Source: Bilabrum cf. latius (lineage: Eukaryota). Taken from it: DNA of 64,000 nt. The notes beneath the pieces are model-generated. The model ran no database searches, was not told the DNA's origin, and was given only the letters and a program-made list of their open reading frames with translations. The stretch lies in the NCBI GenBank assembly GCA_965178125.1, contig OZ237772.1, positions 434,001-498,000 of the forward strand. The letters run 5' to 3'. The translations under genes were made by a program, and so were the position numbers. Positions within the stretch are counted from its first letter, which is position 1. Every line of letters starts with the position of its first letter. Below, in pieces: positions 23,897 to 35,622 of this stretch.

Positions 23897-26800
23897 TTTA
23901 GCAGGTCTGGGGTTACAACCAGTAAGACCGGAACTGTAGAAACTGGGATTGATTTGCGTGAAGCTCGACTCATCTTCCCGAGGGTACGCCGAGTACAGTG
24001 GTCTCGGCCGAGCTCAATAAGACACGTACTACAGGATATTGTAGTTCTGAGTCGGCTTGCAAAAAGTTTTCCCGCCCACCCGCAAAGTGTAGAGGAAGTA
24101 GAAGGATGAGGGTCATGACTCTGGGCCCGAGTTGGGAGCAGTGGACTACGCGGCACCACGACGGTTGGAGCGCGATGGACTGCCCAGGGCCAGCGAGGTG
24201 GCACACAGCGACAGCGCACCCGGCAGGGCAGAGGGCATGGCACACAATCAGGGACATGAGAGGCGCCACCGGACGCCGGCGGGCGGCACTCAGAAAGCGC
24301 GTGATCTTGGCGGCATCGACTCAGCCAGCAAGTCACTCGCGGACAGTCAGCAGAAAGAGGGGTCGTCATCTCACGGAGAGGGCGGCACCTAGGCGTGGAC
24401 GAGTTTCTACCGGAACAATTTGGGTCTTTCTAGTTCAGGCCATGCAGACACTCTGACGGATTTGGATGTAGGGGTCGTCACCTCACTGAGAGGGCGGCAC
24501 CGAGCTCGGGTGACTTTTCCCAGCCATAGGCTGGGTGTTTAGAACTTCGAGCGCATCTGCTTGCATTGTATGAATTGAATAATACCTCCGGTGGGTAGGC
24601 ACTTTGCTTACCCGCGTCAGGCGCGCAGGCTGCACCAGCAGCCGGGTCCCCTTGTGGCACCACGGGTGGTCAACCGCCCGAGGAGCCGGGACCCAGCGCG
24701 CCCTCGCATTTATCTAGCAACCCTAACCGGAGGTTCTAGAACTGATTCGATGTAACGTACAAATCAATGTCAGTTTAGACAAGAGGCGTATGCAGCGACA
24801 CTCGGGGAAAACCAGGCTTGGTCCTCGCTTCAAGCGTTCCCGCTGACGGAAGCACACGACTGTTTGCCCCTGTCTAGCATGGATGGAACCGCACATAGCA
24901 AGAGAGCAATTCACCCATGCTTTAGTAGGCCATGATGATCCCTGTGCCAGCGCTGCTGGCTCGGGTTTCGGCGAAACCCGAGCAAGCCAAGAGCAAGCAG
25001 TTCGTTGGAAAATCCAAGAGGGATTCGGTTGGTACGGTCATATAGGGTGTTGGACCTCTTGCAGTTCAGTCAAATGCGACTCTCCGACGGCACGACGCAT
25101 CGTAGCAAGGGGCGAGTAGCACCGTTGGGCTCGCCAAACTAGCAACCTAGTCCCTACTAGTATCTCCCCATGGTTGCTGCTCGATGCAGATTGCAGCCAC
25201 AAACATTAAGCCAGGAGGGGAAACACGTTCCCACGCGAGGCCAATCAGAAGGGCTGGCCGTGCAACAGTGCACAGAAACCGGCGTTGCGGCTCTGCAAGT
25301 ACAACTAGACTCTTCTAGTAGAGCTAGTACTGGTAGTACTTCGGAATAGACCCGGCTGGGATGCAGCTTGCACCGAACGGCGAAATGTTGCGCTTCACAA
25401 GAGGCCGAAAACGGTCTCGAAGTTACGAAACCAGTTACAGCAAGCCTTTTATGTCGGAAAAATAGGTGCCTACTAGTAGCACTGGCGACTGGCCGGCTTT
25501 GACTGCACATGGATGGCTGGATGCTCGCGAATCGGCTAGTGCAAGGGCGACCAAGTCAAGGCGAGTTGAAAATAGTCGAGCGGGGAAAGCCAAAGCGAGC
25601 ACATCCATGAACCGGTTGGCTGAATTGGCAAATGCTGCCGCTGCAGCGATTGGGCGAGCGCGCGTGCTCTCATCAACGGCTCAAACCCAAGAAGGACCAT
25701 CGGCTCAACCGTTTGGGGCGCTCAGCGATTGCACGCTTGCCGATCGAGCTCAGTTATGGCCCCCAAAGACCCCAAGCTCTCACTGGATGCAGCTGCGGGC
25801 CGCAGCGCAAGAAGTTCGGGCGGCTCTAGAAGCTGCCAGCAAATCTGGGTAGCACTCAGCCCCTGTGCCAACGCCGTCCGGCTGCTCGGCAGTACGGCCA
25901 CTGGCAGCTCACAGTGATGGAGCAAGTGTGCGCCCCATCAATGCTGGTATCCCTAGACGCACTGTCATGTGTAGTAGTCTCTATGCCGCAGGGGTTGCAA
26001 TGGATCGAGGCACCACCGGCATAAAGCTTCGCCCACCGCGACTTCACTCTGACGTCGACTGTAGTACGTTGCAAACCAACACCGCGTCGGCTATGTCGGC
26101 TATTGGTGCAGGCGCCAGTTCATGTACCGCTGCCTTTAGTACTAGCACCAGACCCAGCGTGATCATGAGCCCCAGCACCAGCCCCAGCACCAGCCCGAGC
26201 CCAGCACCAGCACCAGCACCACCAGCAGCACCAGCACCAGCACCAGCACCAGCACCACCAGCAGCACCAGCACCAGCATGAGCACCAGCACCACCAGCAG
26301 CACCAGCACCAGCATGAGCACCAGCCCCAGCACCAGCACCAGCACCCGCGTGAGCACCAGCATCAGCAGCCACGGTACCGGAGCTAAAACCAGGACCCGG
26401 TCCATGGACCCGGCCTCAGCGCTGATACGCGCGACCCGGGGCTGGGGCCAGACCCAACCCATAAAGCCCGTGGCGGCAGCTGAGATTGCTTGTGGTGCTG
26501 CTACGGCTCAACGGTGTGCCCCCTCGATTGAGGAACTACCGCGGGCTTTTCCACGTGTATCAAACGCGCACCGCTCGACTGCAGCGCGGGGATCATCAGG
26601 GGGTACAGTTTAGGCCATTCGCCCACTGACAGTGCCGCTGTGTGCTTATAGCCGCATGCATCGCTTCGTGCCTGCACAGGCCTGCATGGAGCAACAGGCC
26701 AAACACCAGATGCGGGGATGGCCAGTGATTCGCCAAGATTGGCACACTCTGACGGCCGATGCGCTTGGTCTGCCCCTATGTGGGGAAAGCCATTCAGAAT

Positions 26801-27335
26801 CGGATTCGTGCAGCTCTCTCAGCAACGGGACAGGGGAGGACGAAGAGGGGAGTGGCCCCAGCCCTCGATGGGACGAGGGCCGGTTCGATCCGAGCCAGTG
26901 GCAGGTTGGTGGTGAACCCACGGACGGAGGAAATCGCGAGTCCCAGTCCCTGGACTAAGCCACCCACGGGGGGGGGGGGCAGCCAAGGTTGCGTATGTTT
27001 CTCATTTATACTTGCTTGCAGGTTTTATTTCGATTCATATGGATCCCGGATCGGATGGCGTCTGACCTTGCTTTTTCCCAGACTTCGAGTCAGGTCACCG
27101 GCTTGCCCGCCCAGTTATAAATCATCAACCGGTAGCGGCACCGCCAAACACCGCCTCTGCCTAAGCTACCAGTGAACGATTTGCTGCCGGTTCCGCTTGC
27201 ACATTCCCTTCGGCATCCCTGCGACTCACTGCAATGCCAATCCTCGCCCCCTTGCCATCCCTGACGAAGCCGTGCTCATCGACCTGAGCAACGGCACGGT
27301 TGCCCTTCCCTAGCACCACGCTTGCTCGCTACAAG

Positions 27336-28706
27336 ATGATCGGGAGCCACTCTGCCGTGAAGCTCTGCCGGTGGACCAAGCACCACCTCAGGGGCAGGGG
27401 CGGGTGCTACAAGCACACTGCCTACGACATCAAGTCCTACCAGTGCATGGAGATGACCCCTTCCCTCTCCTGCGCCTCCATGTGCACGTTCTGCTGGAGG
27501 CACGGGAAGAACCCGGTGGGGAGGGAGTGGAGGTGGAAGACGGACGAGCCGAGTGATATCGTGGAGGACGCCATCAAGAAGCACGTGGACATGATCAAGG
27601 AGGCCAGGGGCATGCCCGGCATGAAGATGGACCGGTGGCACGAGGCCCACACTGTCAAGCACTGCGCACTGTCTCTCGTGGGTGAGCCCATCATGTACCC
27701 CAAGATCAACGAGCTGTGCGGCGAGCTGCACAAGAGGGGCATCAGCTCCTTCCTGGTGACCAACGCCCAGTTCCCCGAGGCCATCGCAAGGCTGCACCCC
27801 GTGACACAGCTGTACGTGTCCATCGACGCCTCCAACAAGGAGGCACTCAGGGCAGTGGACAGGCCCTTGTTCTCTGATTTCTGGGAGCGGTTCCTGGCGT
27901 GTCTCCGGCTCCTGAGAGAGAAGCACCAGAGGACCGTCTACCGCATGACGCTGGTGCGCAAGTGGAACATGGCCGATGCGGAGGGGTACTGTGAGCTGGT
28001 GAGGCTGGGCAAGCCGGACCTGATCGAGGTGAAAGGGGTGACGTACAGCGGCAAATCGGGGATCAGCAGCCTGACCATGAAGAACGTTCCTTTCCACGCC
28101 GAGGTTCGAGGCTTCTGCCGGGCGCTGTCGGAGCGGCTGGGGGGCGAGTACGAGCTCGCCGTGGAGCACGAGCACAGCAACTTCGTGCTGCTTGCGCACA
28201 AGCGGTTCAAGATCGAGGGGAGGTGGCACACGTGGATCGACTACGGCAAGTTCCACGAGCTGTACGGGAGGTGGAAGGCCTCGGGGGGCGAGGCAACCTT
28301 CACCACGATGGACTACGTTGCCCCCACGGAGGGTTGGGCCCTGTACGGGGCCGAGGAGCAGGGGTTTGACCCCAAGGAGATCCGGTTCAGGAGGACCAAG
28401 GACGGGGGTGCCAAGAAGGAGAGGCTGCGGCTGGCGGCGGGGGCCACGGAGGAGGACGCGATGCAGAGGGCCTCCCGGGGAACAACGATCGAGGTGGGGG
28501 GCAGGGACGTGGAGAGGGCGGCGAGGCCCGCGATGCCGCTGCTGGAGGGGTACGGGTCTGCGGCATTCAGGGAACAAGGGGGGTCGCGGGAGGAGGAGGG
28601 GAAGCGAGGGGGGGCCGGTGCCGGGGCCGGGGCCGGGGCTGGTGCTGGCGTGGCATCTTCTTCGGCTACCCGCGGTCAGGGGTTGGCGGAGGTTGCGGAT
28701 TTTTGA
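27336..28706 (+). CDS. TYW1: Truncated TYW1 duplicate, radical-SAM domain only (456 aa)
   Basis: Near-identical to 15386-16756; CTG->ATG at 27336 gives a start codon at the duplication junction; ends TGA. Expression is unknown. Confidence 0.65.
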   Translation: MIGSHSAVKLCRWTKHHLRGRGGCYKHTAYDIKSYQCMEMTPSLSCASMCTFCWRHGKNPVGREWRWKTDEPSDIVEDAIKKHVDMIKEARGMPGMKMDRWHEAHTVKHCALSLVGEPIMYPKINELCGELHKRGISSFLVTNAQFPEAIARLHPVTQLYVSIDASNKEALRAVDRPLFSDFWERFLACLRLLREKHQRTVYRMTLVRKWNMADAEGYCELVRLGKPDLIEVKGVTYSGKSGISSLTMKNVPFHAEVRGFCRALSERLGGEYELAVEHEHSNFVLLAHKRFKIEGRWHTWIDYGKFHELYGRWKASGGEATFTTMDYVAPTEGWALYGAEEQGFDPKEIRFRRTKDGGAKKERLRLAAGATEEDAMQRASRGTTIEVGGRDVERAARPAMPLLEGYGSAAFREQGGSREEEGKRGGAGAGAGAGAGAGVASSSATRGQGLAEVADF

Positions 28707-28880
28707 TAATTTTGCGACACGAAGATTCAAGAGTGAATCATATCGACAAACCGTTCGATGCTGGTGTTTGCTCGGAATTTTTCGGCACCATTCTAACCGG
28801 CAGAACATTTGATTGCGACGAGACATTTCCAAGGATCGGTATACAACCATATCTTCAAGGTACCTGTCACATTCCGTAAA

Positions 28881-31478
28881 ATGTAGGATATCAAGGTGTC
28901 TCATACAGCTCCATAGGAAGCATGCGCCAGGGCTGACCAAGCCCGTAGCAGCACTGCTACTAGAGATGGCAGCGCAATCCATTGTGGCACGCGCCCGGAC
29001 TGGCACCGAAGAGAATCTGGTGGCTCAAAGACATCGACGCGCGAAGCCAGGGGAGATTCACTTCTACGCAAAAGATACTCTTCAGTGCGACCGCCGTCGA
29101 CAGGGTAGACAAGAGGCGTATGCAGCGACACTCGGGGAAAACCAGGCTTGGTTCTCGCTTCAAGCCAAACTCCCCTTGTTTGCACTGCCAGTGGCATCGG
29201 AACCCAGACAAAATTGGCCGGGCAAGACGAACGCATTCTAGTCAACACGTTTAGTCAGAGCGCAGTTCCCAATAGCAGTCAACTACGCCGCACGGCGGTA
29301 AGTCGTGAGCCCAACACCGTTCCCGCTGACGGAAGCACACGACTGTTTGCCCCTGTCTAGCATGGATGGAACCGCACGTAGCATGAAAGCAATTCACCCA
29401 TGCTTTAGTAGGCCATGATGATCCCTGTGCCAGCGCTGCTGGCTCGCGTTTCGGCCGAGCAAGCCCAGAGCATGCGGTTCGGAGAAACCAAGAGGGATAC
29501 GGATGGTACGGTCATATAGGGTGTTGGGCCTCTTGCGGTTCAGCCAGACGTGCAAACATCTGAATCAGAATCGGTAATTTTCGGACAGAGCGACTCATTG
29601 TATCGTCGGATTTTGAGGGCGAGGAAGCAAATGGCGCGCAGCACTGTTGGGCTTGCAACCTAGTCCCCATTAGTATCTCCCCATGGTTGCTGCTCGCCGT
29701 GGAGTGCAGCAACAAATTTATAGCCAGTAGAGGACACACATTCCCACGCGAGGCCGATTGGGAGGGCTGGTCGTGCAGCGTGGCTAGGAAGTCGGCGTGA
29801 CGGCTCTATGGACCCGGGCATGCAGCCGAACGGCGAAACTCTGCGCTCCACAATATGCCGAAAACGGTCTCGAGGTTACAGCAAATCGAAGAGAAAGGTT
29901 CCTACAAGTGGTTCGCCGGCATTGCCTACACCTGGATGGCTGGATGCTAGCGAATCAGCTAGTGCAAGGGCGACCAAGTCAAGGCGAGTTGAAAATAGTC
30001 GAGCGGGGAAAGCAAAAGCGAGCACATCCATGAACGCGTTGACTGACTTGGCAAATGCTGCCGCTGCAGCGATTGGGCGAACGCGCTGGCTCTCATCAAC
30101 GGCTCAAACCCGAGAAGGACCATCGGCTCAACCGTTTGGGGCGCTCAGCGATTGCACGCTTGCCGATCGAGCTCAGTTACGGCCCTCAAAGTCCGCAAAC
30201 TCTCACTGGATGCAGCTGCGGGCCGCAGCGCAAGAAGTTCGGGCGGCTCTAGAAGCTGCCAGCAAATCTGGGTAGCACTCAGCCCCTGTGCTAACGCCGT
30301 CCGGCTGCTCGGCACTACTGCCACTGGCAGCCCACAGTGATCAATATAGCGTGCGCCTTATCAATGCTGGTATCCCTAGGCGCACTGACATTTGTAGTAG
30401 TCTCTATGCCGCAGGGGTTGTAACGAAGCGAGGCACCACCGGCGTGGAGCTTCGCCCGCCGCAATTTCACTCTGACGTCGACTGTTGTACGTTGCAAACC
30501 AGCACCCAGTCGGTTATGGCGGCTACTGGTACCGGTGTCAGACCATGTACCGCTGCCTCTGGTACTAGCACAAGGTCCAGCGTGAGCACCAGCACCAGCA
30601 CCAGCACCAGCACCAGCACCAGCACCAGCACCAGCACCAGCACCAGCACCAGCACCAGCACCAGCACCAGCACCAGCACCAGCACCAGCACCAGCACCAG
30701 CACCACCGCCAGCACCCGCGTGAGCACCAGCATCAGCAGCCACATTGCAGGAGCTGAAACCAGGACTCGGTCCATGGACCCGGCCTCAGCGCTGACACGC
30801 ACGACCCGGGGCTGGGGACAGATCCAGTCGATGGAGCCCGTTGCGGCAGCTGAGATTGCTTACGGTACTGCTACGGCTCAACGGGGTGCCCCCTCGATTG
30901 AGGAACTAGCGCGGGCTTTTCCACGTGTACCAAACGCGCACCACTCGACTGCAGCGCGGAGATCATCAGGGAGATTCAGTTCAGGCCATTCGCTCACCGA
31001 CAGTGCCGTTGTATGTGTGTAGCCGCATGCATCGCTTCGTGTTCGAATAGGCCTGCATGGAGCAGCAGGTCATATACCAGCTGCGGGGATGGCCAGTGAT
31101 TCGCCCAGATTGGCACACTCTGACGGCCGAATATCCGGCGTTAATACAGCTAGCGATACTTATGCGTTTAACTTGGGAGGGCTGGACATACAGTTGCCTT
31201 CCTTGACGCCAGCGGATGGGTCCGGCAGTACAGAGTCCGAGCTAGCAGCCCATCAGGTTGTCAAGCCCCTGCCACCGGATGCGCTTGGTCTGCCCCTATG
31301 TGGGGAAAGCCATTCAGAATCGGATTCGTGCAGCTCTCTCAGCAACGGGACAGGGGAGGACGAAGAGGGGAGTGGCTCCAGCCCTCGATGGGACGAGGGC
31401 CGGTTCGATCCGAGCCAGTGGCAGGTGGGTGGTGAACCCACGGACGATGGAAATCGTGAGTCCCAGCCACCAGACTGA
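28881..31478 (+). CDS. Gene X: hypothetical low-complexity protein with (Ser-Thr)n tract, 865 aa
   Basis: ATG TAG GAT...; the frame is free of TAA/TGA for 2.6 kb and contains many TAGs; ends TGA. Confidence 0.7.
30585..30705 (+). repeat. (AGCACC)n hexamer microsatellite, about 20 copies
   Basis: Seen directly; a degenerate counterpart lies at about 26165-26345. Confidence 0.95.
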
Positions 31479-31703
31479 GCCAAGGTTGATTTTGTTTCTT
31501 AATTAATACTACACTGGCTTGCAGGTTTTATTTCGATTCGTATGCCGGATCCTATTACAGGATCGGATGGCGCCTTGCGGGTTACCCTTACCCTTACTTG
31601 TCCTAGAGTTCAAGATCCGGATGGGTCACCCGCTTGCACACCAAGTTGTTGTGTGCCGATCGTGGTATTCAATTTTCCAGCATCCGGATAGGGTTATAAA
31701 TCA

Positions 31704-34700
31704 TCAACCGTTAGCGGCAGCGCTAAACACCGCCTCTGCCTAAGGAACCAGTGAACGTTTTGCTGCCGGTTCCGCACGCACGCTCCCTTCGGCATCCCTG
31801 CGACTCACTGCAATACCAATCCTCGCCCCCTTGCCATCCCTGACGAAGCCGTGCTCGTCAACCTGAGCAACGACACGATTGGCCTTCCCAAGCACCACGC
31901 CTGTTCGCAGGGCGTCTGCAGGCAGATATATGGCCGTGGACATAGCGGGTTGCTGCAGCTCCATGACCTCTTCGCGTCGCAGCTACGAGGCTGGCACCGC
32001 AGCTACAAACACAAAGCCGCTCTCCCTGGCGGCCTAAATTGCCCCCTTCAGCGCACGGGGTTGGTAGTTGCCCGAAGCCTGCCGTGACAGCCGCTAGATT
32101 AGCCCTATCGAGGCTTTTTCCACCCTCGCCTCGTTACTTAGCCTAGTGATCTCTGCCGTCTCTGCGCTCTGGAGATGGCGTAGCCACAGGTATCGTACCA
32201 GCACGCACAAGGCAACTGCTGCGAGCACACCGAGAACCACCATGGCTGGGATCCGAGAGTCAAATGGAGCATCGACAGCGTGCCAGTGTGCAACGTACCC
32301 GCTCCAGAGCGTCCCCACGTGCACGTCCACCGCAGCGATAGGATCATCGGCAGTCGCCTCAAACATGCCGGCAGCCACTGCCTGCCCGGCCTCAATCCCG
32401 TGGATCACGTTCCAGTCGAACGGCGGGCCAAGCATGAAATCGGCGTACAAAGAGGCCAATGGCATCCTGTGGATTGCAACAGGCGGTTGTGGTGGATCCC
32501 CGTTTGCCTGCGGGAATGTCAGCGTCTCGCCGTCCGCTCTTTGCGTCGTCCTGAACGGCGAGTATCGCGCTGATGCACGCGCCGCCTCCATCATTGGCCT
32601 AACTCTTACTGCAAAACAGACCGACGGCGGGGCACGCTGTCCATCTCCAAGCCCTAGCACGTTGTCCAGATGGGCGTGCTGTGTGGTGTAGTCACCTTGA
32701 TTTCGGCCTGAGGTGGCGATACTGGGTCCTTGCGCGTTGCTGGCACTGGACGTGATGGCGGCACCAAGGCTACGCAAGACGCCTTCCATTGATTCTCCAT
32801 GTAGCAGTTGTATGGCCCGATGGATCCACTGCAGCTGCCTTGCTCTACGCGCTGCGGGTGTCGTGTGGTCGCCTTGATGCAGCACACCCAGCCCAAAATG
32901 CCTAATCGCGTGGCTGGTGCTGCCGTTGGCATGCACAAGAAACTAGCTTGCGTGCCTTCTGGATGCCATTTGCGAGGAAGCGTGCGATTTGTTGCTGCTG
33001 CTGTGTGCTTTCAACCACTTTGCCACTGCATGGACGAGGAGTACGGCTTTCTGCTGCAAGTGCACGAGTCCTTGTGGCGGGACACCCCCAGCACCGACAG
33101 GATCACCCGGAGCATTTGCCTGCGAAGGCGCAGTTAGCCTATGCAGCACTGGCTACCCACCAGTATACATTCCAGCCTGTTCGAGCCTCTCAATGAGCTC
33201 GGCCAAGTCTGGTCGCTGCACCAAGCCGGTGGCGTTCGACATCTGCAGGATAGCAGCTGCTGCCATCTGACTCACGGGAAGGGACCCAAAGACTCTCCGC
33301 TTCTGGTGACTTTGTCCACTTCTTTGTGCCATGGGACTCCCCTCTCGCAATGCAGATAGAAGGGGTACTGGCCCAAGGTAGAACGAGCCCACCACCGTGC
33401 CACGATGCAAGAGCTGCTGATGCATGGCGGCCGGATCCCATGAATCTGGATTTGCAAGCATCGGGGACACCAGCTCGTGTAATCTGCGTTGCATTGAAAC
33501 CGACTCGCCCTCCAGCTCCGATCCAGTGCCTCTGGCGTGAACACCTACAGGACACGCCGATCCGAGGAGCCAGGCAGCAGATGCAGTGGACCCGCTTCGA
33601 GCCATCAGCGTGTGCGGGTATGGGCCGGGACCGCTTGCGTTTGTATCCCCCGGGATGGGTATGTCCCTCGGTAGGAACGCAACGAGGTCAGCCCTGGCCC
33701 CTTGGCTCCACCTCGGGTGTAGGCCGAGCCCAGTGCTTGCCCCGGTCGTGACGTTGATGGTAGGCACGTCCACGGCGAAGTCCACTGCAGCGACGGCGCG
33801 GCTGATCCAAGCATCGATCGCTCCAGCGCGACTCACCACATGGCTCAAGGGCATACCCATGGCAGCCACCTGCATCGCACTGCCGCTCACAGGTGGATGC
33901 CCCAGCTCATCCGCGGTGAGATGAGGTTTGTCCACCAGGCGAGACAGCTCCGGACCGTGAAGCCCCACACCTGCGATGGGCACCCACCGAGGGACTGGTG
34001 TATACCGACGCGCGTCTTGTAAAGGCTGTTGCTCGCTACCATGTTCTGTCCGCAATACCCATGCAGATTTCATCCCGGCGATACTCATGGGGGGCTTGCG
34101 CCCCTTCATGGCAGGTGAAGGCGCGAGCACTTTACCTCCCAAGCTCGGCGCCTGAAACCTGTATGCAGCTCGGGCGGCCAGACCAGGCGCTGATGTTCCA
34201 ATCCACGGGCCTCTGCTTGGAGATTGTAACACGGCCTCGTGGAAAACGGCGAGATGTGACGAGGGCAGGTGGCTGTATGGCTCCAGGATCGCATCCTGCA
34301 CTGCCTGGTCCAGCTGGGCACTTGCGTTGCCTTTCAACTGCCGAGCCGCTGCAAGCGCCGCGGTCGCGTTGAACACCCGCATGGATCCCTGAAGCTGGGC
34401 GAGAAGAATCTGCGCTTGGGGCTGGCACACGAATGCCCTGGCCAGGTCCTGCAACCGTGCGCTGCTTTGCTGTTGCAGCTCCGACTCGGGCTCTAGATCG
34501 GATACCATGGACTAGCCTGATGCTATTGACAGCGCGATGGCTCTTGGGTCTGATTCCCTTGCAGTGCGCGGCTCGCCTGCTTGCCCCCGGGCGTCCTCCG
34601 CCGACGTGTCGGGCCAAGTTCGCGTGCCTGCAGCAGCTAGAGCGACGGCCCTTGCGAACTGTAAGAGAGGGCTCAAATCTCCATCCATCCAGCGAATCAT

Positions 34701-35543
34701 ATTTTCAGATAGCAAGTCTCGCGGGGTGTTGCCGATACCAGGCCCGAGCAGGAACTGGTCGTCCAGGGGAGGCGAGCACTGGAGCACGTGCTCCCGAGCG
34801 TTCGCGTCGATCGGCCCCGTCCTCACCCGCACCATGGGCAGCGGTATTGAAACTTTCCGTGGCCACTGTAAATCAATATCGATCAGGGCGCTTCCAGACC
34901 AGCCAGACAGCACGATCGGATCAGCAGAGCCGCCGGCACGGTGCGTTCTGGCTGGGGTCGAGCGAGCAGCGAGCCGCAGAATGCCCAGGGTGGCGTTGCT
35001 GGCATTAGTATTCACGTCAGCATTACCAAATATACTTCGTATATCTTCATAAGCTGGCATTATGGGCATATCATACGGACCAAGTCTCTACGGCCTGTCT
35101 AGTATGTTGGCTTCGGTCTCCCATTGCGCCAACTCAATCCTCTGCATCTATGTTCCTCCGTTCGCCACGTGTGCCCCATACGGCTCCAAATACAGAACTA
35201 TTGTCAAATTGATAACAGCATGCTCCGAATGTGCGGGTCTATTCCTAGCTGATAGAACTACGAAGGCTTCTAGTGTTGCATTCTGGTGCTTCTCCGGAGT
35301 GTACCGGATGGCTGTATCAGCAGCTGCGGTAGCCTACCCACTCTGCACAGATGAAACATAGTTCTTAATGACAGGAGCATGCACTGGAGCGCATGCATTG
35401 TTCTGGCGAGACTGCTCGCTCCCACATATCCAAGCGTCTACTAACGATGGGGGTGCGAGCACCTGTGCACAAGCGCGCTGGTACGCTGCAACGAGAGCGA
35501 TCACGCTCCAAAGAATGGCTCGACCAGCGATGGCGAGAGTCAT
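31704..35543 (-). CDS. Large type-I membrane/secreted protein, 1279 aa
   Basis: Six same-frame ORFs joined by 10 TAGs; signal-peptide-like N-terminus (MTLAIAGRAILWSVIALVAA); TM helix IPAMVVLGVLAAVALCVLV near the C-terminus; ends TGA TGA. Confidence 0.85.
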
Positions 35544-35622
35544 TGCATGAGTGCTGTGATGCGCGGCCTGGATTTCGGCGTGGAATGTTGCGACCTTCCC
35601 AACCCAGCGACTTGCTCAGCTC

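Larger units (their letters stand above)
17160..24775 (+). mobile_element. Ngaro-type tyrosine-recombinase retrotransposon (DIRS order), 7.6 kb, A1-ORFs-B1A2-spacer-B2
   Basis: 175-bp A repeats (17160-17334, 23897-24071) and 153-bp B repeats (23744-23896, 24623-24775); gag-like, RT/RNaseH and YR ORFs; no TSD; empty site visible in the paralog at about 29095-29115. Confidence 0.95.
16929..26958 (+). pseudogene. Disrupted copy of gene X (16929-17159 plus 24776-26958)
   Basis: Homologous to 28881-31478; interrupted by Ngaro; internal deletions at about 24836 and about 26760 and frame changes. Confidence 0.8.
15379..31908. repeat. Tandem segmental duplication, unit about 4.5 kb: copy A 15379-27329 (interrupted by Ngaro), copy B 27328-31908
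   Basis: The TYW1 3' half, gene X and the 3' tip of the minus-strand membrane-protein gene are each present twice; junction at about 27328-27329 with 2-bp GC microhomology. Confidence 0.92.

Noticed and set aside
15206-29006. Long antisense ORFs (15206-16780, 27276-29006; similarly 60308-62002)
   Set aside because: They are shadow frames of GC-rich genes on the opposite strand and have no domain motifs.
31704-35543. CD36/scavenger-receptor assignment for the membrane protein
   Set aside because: Only vague topological similarity; no diagnostic motif that I can support.
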